This document shows, piece by piece, positions 17,740 to 27,425 of a stretch of DNA of 64,000 nt. A program made the position numbers and the translations under genes. Location: assembly GCA_963743835.1 (NCBI GenBank), contig CAVUQX010000004.1:706560-770559 (forward strand). Direction: 5' to 3'. This DNA comes from Candidatus Dormiibacterota bacterium. GTDB lineage: Bacteria; Chloroflexota; Dormibacteria; Aeolococcales; Aeolococcaceae. A model generated the notes under the pieces. The model had not been told where the DNA came from, did not search any database, and was given only the letters and a program-made list of their open reading frames with translations. Each line of letters begins with the position of its first letter. Position 1 is the first letter of the stretch.

Positions 17740-18693
17740 TTACGACGCGGTAACGGGAGGGCGAACCCAGCCTCGTGTCGGGAATCTCTCGAGCACGCGT
17801 TGAATCTGCTCGACCTCAGCATCGGTGAGGCGCTGACGCCATTTGGTGGGTTCTTCCGTTGCGATTCGCACCGGCGCGAGACCCTCGCCGTGGCGGTTGT
17901 TGTCGTTGAGGAAGCGGTCGATGTCGTCCGTCCATTCCAGACCCACCTGTTCGGACACCCGACGGATCGTGGTCGAGGGATCGTCGCAGAGGTCCTCGTG
18001 GGTCACGAAGATCCACTCCGGGTGCCGGTCGAGCGCCTGGGCGATCACGTGCGTCAGCAGACCCACGTGCCACGCGATCTGAGCGACCTCGGGCTCACCG
18101 GCGCCGGGCGGTTCGATGCCGAGCGGCTCGATGAACCGGGTGTGGATGATCGGGCGCGTGGTGAGATCGAACAGCGGGATGTGGAGCTCGCGCCAGCTCG
18201 AGACCACGTTGAGCGGGTTCCGCTGCATGGCGATCACCTGTGGCCGATACCGGGCGACCAGCCACTCCAGGCTGAACGTGGCGTAGATCGTCTTGACCAC
18301 GACGCTCTGGGCTCGGCCTGGTCTGCGCGCCGAGATCGACGCGGCGCTTCGGACCAGCGGATCGCGAATCGATCGCGGCAGTCGCAGGAGGACCTTCGCC
18401 GCCGGGCGAAGTCGTCGTCGCTCGCGCAGCGCGAATGGCAGGCGCCCTGAGAACACCAGATCCCAGAGGGGAGCGAATTGCCCGGCATCGCTGTCGCTGT
18501 CGATGACCGGGTAGGGGCCGAAACCCCGTTGCCCGGCCGCGGCGTCATTCGAGGGGTCGGCATCGACGTTGTCCGGCTCGTAGTAGAACCGGACATCTCG
18601 GGCCCTGCCGAGGGCATGACCGAGCCACGAGGTCCCCGAGCGGGCGACGCCGACGAGCACAACCGGGCTGGACTTCGCGGCTCCGGATGGCAC
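17740..18693 (-). CDS. PAPS-type sulfotransferase, clade B (ST3)
   Basis: VVLVGVARSGTSW, VIAMQRNPLNVVSSW, HPEWIFVTHEDLCDDP. The start is uncertain. GTG 18693 lies 2 nt after the GT4 stop, while the ORF-track start at 18774 would overlap GT4 by 79 nt. Confidence 0.8.
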   Translation of the reverse strand: MPSGAAKSSPVVLVGVARSGTSWLGHALGRARDVRFYYEPDNVDADPSNDAAAGQRGFGPYPVIDSDSDAGQFAPLWDLVFSGRLPFALRERRRLRPAAKVLLRLPRSIRDPLVRSAASISARRPGRAQSVVVKTIYATFSLEWLVARYRPQVIAMQRNPLNVVSSWRELHIPLFDLTTRPIIHTRFIEPLGIEPPGAGEPEVAQIAWHVGLLTHVIAQALDRHPEWIFVTHEDLCDDPSTTIRRVSEQVGLEWTDDIDRFLNDNNRHGEGLAPVRIATEEPTKWRQRLTDAEVEQIQRVLERFPTRGWVRPPVTAS

Positions 18694-18695
18694 CT

Positions 18696-19896
18696 TCAGT
18701 TCTCGTTGACGCACGCCAGGACGTTCCTCCACTGGTCGATGATCAGCGGCCGCCCGTGATGTTCGGCCAGCCACGCATGCTGTGCAGCCACTCGGGAGCG
18801 GGCTGCGTCAGCACCTTCGGGTGCCGCAATGATACGAGCGACCAGGCCGGGCAGGGCGTCAAGCGGCGCCTCGAGCAGACCGGGCGCGCCGCTCAGGCCC
18901 TCGAAGGCGATGGGCGTCCCGGCGATTCTCTTGCCGTGGGCGAGATAGTGGAGGACCTTCGTCTTTACTCCCGCGCCGGTGGCCAGCGGGGCGAGGCACA
19001 GGTCCGCGGTGGCGATGATCGAGTTCGACGTCATCCACGGCGCCGAGGAGCACCACTCGAGCGCCCGCTTTGCCACCACCGATCAGCCCGTCGCTGCCTG
19101 GACCACAGATGACGATCGTCGTCGTCTCCGGGAGCGTCGGAGCAAGGACGTCGATCAGCCATCGGGCCGCCACCGCGTTGTGCTTGGCGGCGATCGTGCC
19201 GACAAACAGCAGGATCGGTCGATGCAGCAGGCCGCCGACCCGCTCGACAAGATCACGGTCGCCCGCTTCGGTCGTCCGTTCCGGCACGAACGCCGCGTGG
19301 TCGACGGTCATCAACTTGCCGCGCAGTGGTGCGTGGATGCGTCGCCACTCCGCAGCCTCGGCTTGACCGATCGCGACCGCCACACGACAGCGCCGGGCGG
19401 CCCAGCGTTCCAGCCCCCACCAGATGACCTGCTTGGTACGGTTCGAGACAGTCCGTTCGAGCCGCTCGTAGTGAAGCGTCTGACACTCGTTCGTGTCCCA
19501 GATCATGGGCACACGTGCCCCCGACACCTCGAGCGCCGGCATGAACATCGCGTTGGCCACGATGACGGCATCGGCATCGCGCGCGTGATCGCGGATCATG
19601 CGCGCCCACTCCATCGAGAAACCTCGCCATGGCTTTCGGTTGGGCACGTGGATAGCTCGCGCCCATGGGGGCGGCGGGCTGAGCGGCTGAGCCTCGCGAG
19701 TGCTGAGGATGGTCGGCGGCATCCCCAGGCTGGCCAGGCTCTCGGCGAGAATCCGCGAGCGAACCTGGAGGCCACCGTCCGGCTCGATGATCGAGCCGAA
19801 GGTTACGAGCAGCGGCCGGAGCGCACGCTGGGCATGATCATGGACGGCAACTCGCGTCGCCGGGTGTCGCGGCGATTCGGGATCGTTCCGTGGCAT
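18696..19896 (-). CDS. GT4-family (GT-B) glycosyltransferase (frameshifted)
   Basis: The N-terminal ORF 18859..19896 ends in nonsense after ..VVLLGAVDDV. ORF 18696..19079 carries the GT4 C-terminal signature ..SIIATADLCLAPLATGAGVKTKVLHYLAHGKRIAGTPIAFEGL. Removing one base at about 19022-19026 gives GAVDDVDSIIATADLCLAPL. Confidence 0.7.
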
Positions 19897-20767
19897 CTGC
19901 TACTGCGTAGACCTCACTGCTGCGGTCGCGGACGTGACCGCGAAGTCTCGTGTCAACGGCAACGTCGATGACCGCCGCAAGTTCGACGGCCTTGAGTGTG
20001 AACATGCCCGCGGTGAGCAACGGATGGCGCCCCAACGTCCGCCAGTTGCGGACATACGCAGCGCGAAAAATCGGATTTCCTTGTGCCATTGCACCACGTC
20101 CGTGCTTCCGGGCGAACGCGAGGTAGCCTGGCGCATAGTACCGCCGCTTCCTGTAAACGGTCCGGAGGCGGGTTCGACCCTCATCGTGATGAATGATCGC
20201 CCGAGTTCGGGGAAGTCGGCGGCCGCGTGCAACTCTTCGTGACAGATCCCAGTCCTCTCCCCCGTTCAGCTGTGCGTCGAACCCCCCGGCATCGGCGAAC
20301 GCGGCGCGAGTGTAGAAGCGCGCAGCCTCAATGGTGTCGTCTCCGTTGTAGCACCCGCGCTCCAGGGCTCGGCAGGCGGTCCAGAACCCCTCTCCGACCG
20401 TTTCCTCGGGGATGACGACCGCAGGCACACCGCCGGCGAGGAGGCGCGAGCCCTCGGCTACCACCTGAGGATCGAGGACCATGTCGGCGTCGATGAAGAG
20501 CAACAGGTCACCCGTGGCCAGCGACGCCCCGTGGTTTCGCTGAGCGCTCCGCTCCGGCCCGATCGTCGCAACCGTATCGGAATAGCGATTCGCGATCTCC
20601 AGGGTGTCGTCGCTCGAGTGGTTGTCCACGACCACGAGCTCGGTAGCTGCATGTGTCTGAGCGCGAATGCTTCTGAGGCAGGGTTCCAGCGTCTGACCCG
20701 AGTTGCGGGTGGTCACGATGACCGAGACCGTCTCCTGTCGGTCAACCGACATTCGAGATCTGGGCAT
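19838..20767 (-). CDS. GT2-family (GT-A) glycosyltransferase
   Basis: VSVIVTTRNSGQTLEPCLRSIRAQTH..ELVVVDNHSSDDT...LLLFIDADMV (DxD) is a classic GT2 N-terminal half. Confidence 0.8.
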   Translation of the reverse strand: MPRSRMSVDRQETVSVIVTTRNSGQTLEPCLRSIRAQTHAATELVVVDNHSSDDTLEIANRYSDTVATIGPERSAQRNHGASLATGDLLLFIDADMVLDPQVVAEGSRLLAGGVPAVVIPEETVGEGFWTACRALERGCYNGDDTIEAARFYTRAAFADAGGFDAQLNGGEDWDLSRRVARGRRLPRTRAIIHHDEGRTRLRTVYRKRRYYAPGYLAFARKHGRGAMAQGNPIFRAAYVRNWRTLGRHPLLTAGMFTLKAVELAAVIDVAVDTRLRGHVRDRSSEVYAVADATERSRIAATPGDASCRP

Positions 20768-23057
20768 CCTCCACCGTTTCGGTCTCGGTCACGGCGGTCA
20801 CGGCGGTCGCGGCGCTGACCGCGCTGTCGGCCTGACGGCCGGCGTCGATCGCACCCGCCAGCACGAGCCGAAGCTCGTTGGTGCTCCGCTCCCAGGAATG
20901 TGCCGCCGCCCACTCGATCCCCGCCGCGCTCATCGCCGCCCGGCGCTCTGGGTCTCCCAGCAGTCCAACGAGTGCCTCCGCAAGGGCGATCGGCTCCCCG
21001 TGCGGAACCAGAAGACCCGTGACGCCATCTCGGACCGAATCACGCAGACCGTTGACGTTCGATGCGACGACCGGGAGCCCACGAGCACCCGCCTCCACGG
21101 CGGAAACGCCCCAGCCCTCGAACGCTGATGGGCAGACCGCCACCCAGGCTTGCGCGGCGAGCTGGTCGCGGGCTGCGCCCGGCAGATAGCCATGGAAGCG
21201 TACGTGTGTTGCCAGCTTGAGGGACCACGCCAGCCGCTCGAGCCGCGTTCGATCGGGGCCCTGCCCAACGATGTCGAGCTTGGCGTTCGGGAAGGCGCGA
21301 AGCACGATCGGCATGGCCCGAATGATCACGTCGACGCCCTTCTGCGACGTCAGTCGCCCTGCGCAGAGGATTCTCGGCTCGGCGGCCGCCCTTCGGTCGA
21401 GCGGAGTGACTTCGACGACGCCGTTGTGGACGATGTGAATCTGGTCTGATTTGAACCCGAGTCCGACCAGATCGTCCCGTGTGCTCGCGGAGACCGCAAC
21501 CACCCGTGTGTTGCGGTAGACCCGCGGCATCAGTTTCCCCTCGAGAAAGTACCCAAGCCAGCGCAGGGGAGGATGCGTCTCGCGGCGGAAGATCTCGCGA
21601 TGGACGTGGTGGACGAGAAGAACCTTCGGGACCCGCGCGAAGAGCGGTGTGAAGAACGGGATCCCGTTCTCGCAGTCGACAATGACGTCGTACCGGCCAC
21701 GGAGCCTGAAGAGATACGAGATCGCAACGCTTGGATACAGGGTGAAGCGGCCTCCGACCCGGTGGACACGGATGCCGTCGAGCAACTCGTTCCTGCTGCT
21801 GCCCTTGTGCCGCTGGCAGAGCCACCCGACGTCAACCCCATTCTCGGCAAACCGACGGCCGATCTCATGCATGTAGATCTCAGCACCACCCGACCACGGG
21901 TGGCTGATGTCGCGCCAGTTGATGATCAGCACCCGCAACGGCCGTTCACGACCACGGAGCGGTGAGATCTCTCCCATGCTGGGTCCGAAGAACCCGCGAA
22001 CGAATGCGATCCCATACGTCAACGACACGAGCGGCAGACCGAGAGTGGCCAGGATCCGGTCGCCGGGGCGGGCGGGCCCCTTGGCGAACAGGACACCCGC
22101 TGCCTGCACCACAAACAGGACGAGGAGCAGCGAAGCGCCGATGTACTCCGCCAGCCTCAGATGGCGGATGGGCGAGAGGAGCACGAGGGCTGCCTCGACC
22201 AGCACGAACACCGCCAGGAGCGTCGGCAGCGCGTAGGGGTAGAAGGGCGCAACCTCACGGAATCGCCGTGCCATGTCGCCTCTCGCACGACCATACGCCG
22301 CGGTGTCGGCGAGGAAGGCCCCGGGGAAGCGTCGAGTCGTGGCGGCCACTGCCAGCCTGGGTTCGTAATGGATGTCGCATCCGAGAATGGAGCGCACCTT
22401 GTAGCAGAGTCGAACCGCCTCCCCGCCGATGCTCGGCGACTGGAATCCGCCCACGTCGCGGAAGACTTCTTCTCGGATGAGCAGGTTTGACCCGGTGAGC
22501 TCGGAAACTTTACGAGGCCGTTCGGCACGTGACACGTGGCCCGACGGAGTGGTCCCGAGATGACTGTTCAAGATCAGCGCGCTGACCCGTTCGGCTCGCC
22601 AGTGGCTCCTCGGCAGCACCGGTCCCCCGGCGACCGACACCTCGGGATTTTCGAAGTATTGGATCACGCGTTCCAGCCAGCCCTCCGGCAGCCGGACGCG
22701 ATCGTCCACAAACGCGAGGATCCCGCCGCGTGCCTCGGCCGCCGCTCGGTCGAAACGATCGCCGCGCGAGGCGGCATTGTAGGACACCACCTTGACGCCC
22801 TCGGGCGCCGAAGGCCACGCCTCCCTGGAAGCCACGATAACTTCGCACGACGAGTTGCCGATCACCTTCAGCATGTCGCCAAGCGATCGAGCCGTGCCTT
22901 CGTGCACAGCGTCAACCGCGACTATCAAGCTGAGCGCCGGCGCCTCATCGAAGACGCGTGCATCATCCTCCGCGTTGGCTGATCCCCTCATCGCCTTGTC
23001 CCCTTTCCCGGCACGCGCGTCTCCCCGGTACGGTGTCTCTCCGTCCGCGACCCCCAT
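20742..23057 (-). CDS. Fusion protein: GT2-like domain, multi-TM region, GT4 domain
   Basis: N-terminus LSLIVAVD...GGILAFVDDRV (GT-A-like). The centre has ~6 TM helices. The C-terminus runs PLRVLIINWRDISHPWSGGAEIY...GRLTSQKGVD...FEGWGVSAVEAGARGLPVVASNVNGLRDSV.DG.TG (GT4 E-x7-E region). The start is either 23057 or ATG 22991. Confidence 0.7.
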   Translation of the reverse strand: MGVADGETPYRGDARAGKGDKAMRGSANAEDDARVFDEAPALSLIVAVDAVHEGTARSLGDMLKVIGNSSCEVIVASREAWPSAPEGVKVVSYNAASRGDRFDRAAAEARGGILAFVDDRVRLPEGWLERVIQYFENPEVSVAGGPVLPRSHWRAERVSALILNSHLGTTPSGHVSRAERPRKVSELTGSNLLIREEVFRDVGGFQSPSIGGEAVRLCYKVRSILGCDIHYEPRLAVAATTRRFPGAFLADTAAYGRARGDMARRFREVAPFYPYALPTLLAVFVLVEAALVLLSPIRHLRLAEYIGASLLLVLFVVQAAGVLFAKGPARPGDRILATLGLPLVSLTYGIAFVRGFFGPSMGEISPLRGRERPLRVLIINWRDISHPWSGGAEIYMHEIGRRFAENGVDVGWLCQRHKGSSRNELLDGIRVHRVGGRFTLYPSVAISYLFRLRGRYDVIVDCENGIPFFTPLFARVPKVLLVHHVHREIFRRETHPPLRWLGYFLEGKLMPRVYRNTRVVAVSASTRDDLVGLGFKSDQIHIVHNGVVEVTPLDRRAAAEPRILCAGRLTSQKGVDVIIRAMPIVLRAFPNAKLDIVGQGPDRTRLERLAWSLKLATHVRFHGYLPGAARDQLAAQAWVAVCPSAFEGWGVSAVEAGARGLPVVASNVNGLRDSVRDGVTGLLVPHGEPIALAEALVGLLGDPERRAAMSAAGIEWAAAHSWERSTNELRLVLAGAIDAGRQADSAVSAATAVTAVTETETVEDAQISNVG

Positions 23058-23166
23058 AGCTGGGCCCCTCCTTCACCTGAGGCGCACAGCGAAGTTGTAA
23101 GTATGTGTCGCGTACCCACAGGCCGTCAAGGGCGCCGAACGGAGCAACCTCCCCACGCGAAGTCGA

Positions 23167-24306
23167 CTAGCTCACGACCGCCAGGTGCACCTGCGCCGAG
23201 GGTGCCCCGCTCCGGACCATCTGACCATAGGTGCAGTGGGACACCGTCCCTTCGGCGATCGCCTGTGCATCGATCACGATGTCGTTGTGACCGAGCGTCG
23301 AGTCGATGAGCAAGAAATTGCTGACGTCGCCGATGGTGAGCGTATAACCGCTGCTGGCGGTCATGGTCAGGCCACGAATGGTGACGTTCTTCGCCACCTT
23401 GCCGACGCCTTTCGCGCCGATGATGCCCACCTTGCCGCCTTCGCCGCTGCTCGTGAAGTTGGTGATCGTGATGTTGTCAGCGGGTGGCGTCAGCCAGAAG
23501 CCGTTACGGGCGCCACACTGCTGCGCGCCCGGTGTGTACCGGTAATCGGTCACAGTCGTCGATTGGTCGACATACAGCGCAAGCCGCGAGCCGGTATGGG
23601 TGACGTTGGTGATCGAGCTGTTCTGCTGGAAGCTCCAGGAGAATCCGTCGTTGCAGTCCAGCTCATTGAGAATGAGATTGTTGACGACGTTACCGGTGTT
23701 GTAGCTCGGCGCCAGGGGTTTCGCGCCCTTCGGGCCGGCGTAGTAGATCGCGAAATGGTTTGGGCCGCCGAGGATGGTCGTGTTAAGCGAACTCGTATCG
23801 TTCGCCTGGACGAAGAGCGCAGCACCGCCGCTGAACGTCTGAGTGTCGAGCGTGAGGTCCTCAACGATGCTGTGATCGATGTGCACCCCGAGTAGCCCTT
23901 TATTCGCCTTGCCTTCAATGAGTCGGGTCTGGTCACGGCCCGCGCCTTCCAACGTGATCGGGGCCGTCCCATCGATCACGATGGATCCGCCCGTACCGGT
24001 CTTGGACGCATTGAACAGGTATTTGCCCGCTGGCACGTACACGACGCCGCCGCCTGCCGCTTCGGCAGCCTGGATGGCGTCCCCAAATGCCGTCGTGTTG
24101 TCGCTCTGACCATCTCCGCGTGCACCGTACGACGTGACGCTGTACATGCCGCCAACTGACGCGGTGGGACTCGCTGACGGTCTCGGTGTGGCGGGCGGAG
24201 GGGACCCGCACGCCACTGCGAGGCACGAGCTGAGCGCGGCGACGACGGCAATCGCGGGTGTCGCGCGACCGTGTGGCCTTCTCAATACCGCGTCAGAACT
24301 GGCCAT
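23167..24306 (-). CDS. Right-handed beta-helix protein (Pectate_lyase_3-like), probable lipoprotein
   Basis: Signal with lipobox-like LAVACG. YGARGDGQSDNTTAFGDAIQAAEAAGGGVVYVPAGKYLF is the canonical N-terminal cap motif of this fold. Periodic N.T(I/V) rungs follow. Confidence 0.75.
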   Translation of the reverse strand: MASSDAVLRRPHGRATPAIAVVAALSSCLAVACGSPPPATPRPSASPTASVGGMYSVTSYGARGDGQSDNTTAFGDAIQAAEAAGGGVVYVPAGKYLFNASKTGTGGSIVIDGTAPITLEGAGRDQTRLIEGKANKGLLGVHIDHSIVEDLTLDTQTFSGGAALFVQANDTSSLNTTILGGPNHFAIYYAGPKGAKPLAPSYNTGNVVNNLILNELDCNDGFSWSFQQNSSITNVTHTGSRLALYVDQSTTVTDYRYTPGAQQCGARNGFWLTPPADNITITNFTSSGEGGKVGIIGAKGVGKVAKNVTIRGLTMTASSGYTLTIGDVSNFLLIDSTLGHNDIVIDAQAIAEGTVSHCTYGQMVRSGAPSAQVHLAVVS

Positions 24307-24461
24307 GGTCCTTCCCAGAATGCGCTGACTGGACTCTCGACGCGGGTCTACGCCGCGTCAGCCCGCAGCGCGCTCCCCGACCTCCATGCTGCCAAGTTCG
24401 TCACCACGGTGAAATGAGAGGTCACTGAGAAGGAACCGCCCGGCAATCCCTCTCGACTAGC

Positions 24462-25436
24462 ATGCGATCCAGTATGCGGATCCTGATCGCCGGCACGCAC
24501 CGGTGCGGTTCGACCTGGGTGGCCAATGTGCTTGGCCAGTCGCCGGGGATCCACAACGTCTTCGAGCCGGACAGCCCGTACACGGACATTCTTGGCACAG
24601 TCGTCCGGAACAGGCTCGGCGAGTACCCGGCACTCGAGGAGGGCGAGGCATCCTCGTGGTACTCGATGGTGTGGGATCTGGCGTTCGCCGGAGGCTGGCC
24701 ATGGAGCCGGTCTCCCTCGGCTCGGAGGCTGGGCCGTGGACTGTCCAAATCGCCTGCCGCGTTTCGCGATCACGGAGTCTCGGTGCTGGCGGAAACCATC
24801 GCGCTGACGGTGCCACAGCGTCAGCCTCACGTCATCGTCAAGTCAGCGAACTGCGGGTTCTCCCTGGAATGGATCGCGCACCGGTACGCCCCGCGGGTGG
24901 TCATCCAGCGGCGCAATCCACTGAACATAGTCTCCAGCTGGATGGCCCTCAATATCGAGCCAGACCCGCTCGACAGCGCGGCCGTGCGGCGCCTCTGGCT
25001 CTCACCGCTCGGGCTCGGCCAGCCTGCAAGGGGCCTGTCGCGAGTCGGCCAGGTCGCCTGGACGGTTGGGGTGCTCACCGTCGCGCTGAGAGAGACTGCG
25101 GAGCGACACCCGGAGTGGATCGTGATCTCGCACGACGATCTGTCAAATGATCCGTACGAGGGGTTCACGTCACTCTTCGCTCAACTCGGGTTGCCGTGGA
25201 CGCCGCGAGTAAAGGCGTACCTCGAGGCCGCCGATGACCCGGCATTCGTCGTCACCGGTGCCAATCCACGATCGCACCCAAATCAGCAGACCGCGGCGGC
25301 GGACGGCACCAGCCGGCGGATGCAGCAGGCAACGCAATATCAACGCCGCCTCGCGCCGGCGCAGGTCGCTGAAGCGCGCGCGGTACTTGACGACCTCCCC
25401 CTGGGCGACTGGGGGGTGCCGCCCGTCGAGGGTTGA
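24462..25436 (+). CDS. PAPS-type sulfotransferase, clade A (ST4)
   Basis: MRILIAGTHRCGSTW, VVIQRRNPLNIVSSW, HPEWIVISHDDLSNDP, C-terminal RRLAPAQVAEARAVLDDLPLGDWG. It is divergent from the beta-helix lipoprotein gene. The start is ATG 24462 or 24474. Confidence 0.8.
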   Translation: MRSSMRILIAGTHRCGSTWVANVLGQSPGIHNVFEPDSPYTDILGTVVRNRLGEYPALEEGEASSWYSMVWDLAFAGGWPWSRSPSARRLGRGLSKSPAAFRDHGVSVLAETIALTVPQRQPHVIVKSANCGFSLEWIAHRYAPRVVIQRRNPLNIVSSWMALNIEPDPLDSAAVRRLWLSPLGLGQPARGLSRVGQVAWTVGVLTVALRETAERHPEWIVISHDDLSNDPYEGFTSLFAQLGLPWTPRVKAYLEAADDPAFVVTGANPRSHPNQQTAAADGTSRRMQQATQYQRRLAPAQVAEARAVLDDLPLGDWGVPPVEG

Positions 25437-25615
25437 GCTTGCCACGGCGCCTTCGGCACGCTATGCTCAGGGCCTCGAAGGTGGTGGGCCGTAACAGGCT
25501 AGGGGGTTCAAGGTGAGGCATCTCAACATGCCGCACGGTGGCGTCGACGCTGCCGCGGGGTTTGCTCCACAATCCGTCCGGGGTCGTCGCGCTGAGGGAA
25601 ACCCGAGGTCCAGCC

Positions 25616-26335
25616 ATGATTGACGAACAACCGCAGCCCGTCGGCGATCGCCTCGCGTTGCCGCGCGTCCACACCAACTCGGCGCCGTGCCTCTTGTACC
25701 TCGTGCGCCACGGCACGACCACAATGAACATCGAAAACCGTTATCGGGGCCGGCGGGACATTCCGCTTGACGCGCAGGGGTATCAGGACGCCGTGGATGC
25801 TGCTCGGTTCCTCGGACCTCGCGGCATCACCGCCGTTTACACGGGTCCGCTGCGGCGCACCATCGCGACGGCGCAAATAATTGCGGACGCGGCCGGCGTC
25901 CCTGATATTCGCATGCTGCACGGTCTCATCAATCTCGATTACGGCGTGTGGGAAGGCATGACCTCGGACGAGGCGGCGATGTACGACCCGATCGCCTTCG
26001 ACCTCTATCGCAAGTCCCCGCTCGACGCCGTCTGTCCCAACGGGGAGCGGCTCAACCAGGCACAGGACCGGATGCTCGAAGCCATCCGGTTGATGGGCGG
26101 ACGACATGCGGGGGAGAGCATCGTTGCGATATCGCACGCGGTCATGATCCGGCTTGTCATGTCGTCGATCCTCCACCTCGACGGCGAGGATTGGCGCGTG
26201 CCGCTCGGAAGAGGATCGATCACCGAGGTCATCGTCGACGACGGCAAGATCTCGATCGGGCCAGGGCCCGGATACGCCGGCTCAGCCGACGTGCCGTTGA
26301 CGACGACGCAACTCCGCACCGCATCGTCGAGCTGA
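25616..26335 (+). CDS. Histidine phosphatase family protein (phosphoglycerate-mutase-like)
   Basis: LYLVRHGTTTMN (RHG catalytic motif), ..YTGPLRRTIATAQ.., ..VAISHAVMIR. (second His). The ORF-track start at 25538 is possible, but I prefer ATG 25616. Confidence 0.7.
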   Translation: MIDEQPQPVGDRLALPRVHTNSAPCLLYLVRHGTTTMNIENRYRGRRDIPLDAQGYQDAVDAARFLGPRGITAVYTGPLRRTIATAQIIADAAGVPDIRMLHGLINLDYGVWEGMTSDEAAMYDPIAFDLYRKSPLDAVCPNGERLNQAQDRMLEAIRLMGGRHAGESIVAISHAVMIRLVMSSILHLDGEDWRVPLGRGSITEVIVDDGKISIGPGPGYAGSADVPLTTTQLRTASSS

Positions 26336-26372
26336 CCGCCGCGCGGGAACTCACTGGCGCCGCCGCCTTGGT

Positions 26373-27374
26373 TCAGGATGGTCGGGCAGATGAGACTCCG
26401 CGAGGCCTGACCCACCCGCGATTCGGGAAAGTCGCGAGAATCGTGCGCAGCTCCGACTGCTGGTCTGGTGTCAGCCGCGTGCGCCATGCGTCGACCTGTT
26501 CGCGCCGCACACGGTTCGCCTCCTGGGTGCCCACGACAGCCGCCGTGAAGGTGTTCTCTCCTCCTCGAAAGAGCGGCTCGATGTACCCGCCTTCGCGGAG
26601 GTACTTTTCGGTTGCCGGCGTCCAGATCAGTCCGAGGCGGTCGTAGAGATCACCAAAGCGCGTCTCCGCGGCTTCGCAGAGATCGTCGTGAGTGGCAAGA
26701 ATCCAGTCGGGATGCCGGTCAACCAGCGACCCCAACTGGGTCGCGAGCGCGCCAATCCACCAGCCGACCATCGTGACGTTCGAGGCGCCATGCGGCGGAG
26801 GCTCGACGCCGAGAGGCCGCAGGTGGCGTTCGACAATTGCCGGGCGCCGGTGCACGTCGAAGGCGTCGACGTTGAGACGAAGCCAGCTCGACGCGATGTT
26901 GAGCGGATCGCGCTGAAGCACGACGATATTCGGGCGAAACCGTTCGTAAATCCACTCAACCGAGAAGTGGGCCATGACCGACGACACCACGACGTGAGAT
27001 CGGTGCGGGGCCACCGCACCGAGCCCGCGGGCGGCAACTTTGAGCAGCGGATCGCGCACCGGACGAGGAAGTCGAAAGACGGCGCGGGTCACTCGCCTCC
27101 CCCAGCCGCGCCGCAACGCCAGTGCTCGCCGTCCCTGGAATGCGAGATCCCACAGCGCTGCATATTGGGGGGCGGCGTCGCCGGCCTCGAGAACCGGGTA
27201 GGGGCCGAATCCGAGTCGCGTCACCCCGGTCTGCGCCGAAGCGGCCGTATCGACGTTGTCCGGCTCACGAACGAACGACGTTCCCTCGGCGCACGAGAGC
27301 GCGCGCAGGGTCCAGGTGCTGCCGGACCGCGGCGAGCTTACGACGAGGACGCGGCTTGCTCCAGGATCGCTCAC
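26373..27374 (-). CDS. PAPS-type sulfotransferase, clade B (ST5)
   Basis: VLVVSSPRSGSTW, VVLQRDPLNIASSW, HPDWILATHDDLCEAA, C-terminal WRTRLTPDQQSELRTILATFPNRGWVRP. It starts 51 nt downstream of the sorting-signal protein gene. Confidence 0.8.
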   Translation of the reverse strand: MSDPGASRVLVVSSPRSGSTWTLRALSCAEGTSFVREPDNVDTAASAQTGVTRLGFGPYPVLEAGDAAPQYAALWDLAFQGRRALALRRGWGRRVTRAVFRLPRPVRDPLLKVAARGLGAVAPHRSHVVVSSVMAHFSVEWIYERFRPNIVVLQRDPLNIASSWLRLNVDAFDVHRRPAIVERHLRPLGVEPPPHGASNVTMVGWWIGALATQLGSLVDRHPDWILATHDDLCEAAETRFGDLYDRLGLIWTPATEKYLREGGYIEPLFRGGENTFTAAVVGTQEANRVRREQVDAWRTRLTPDQQSELRTILATFPNRGWVRPRGVSSARPS

Positions 27375-27425
27375 CGCGGAGCGCGCCGCCTCAGTCCGAG
27401 GCTCGGGTGCAACGCCGGAAATGGA

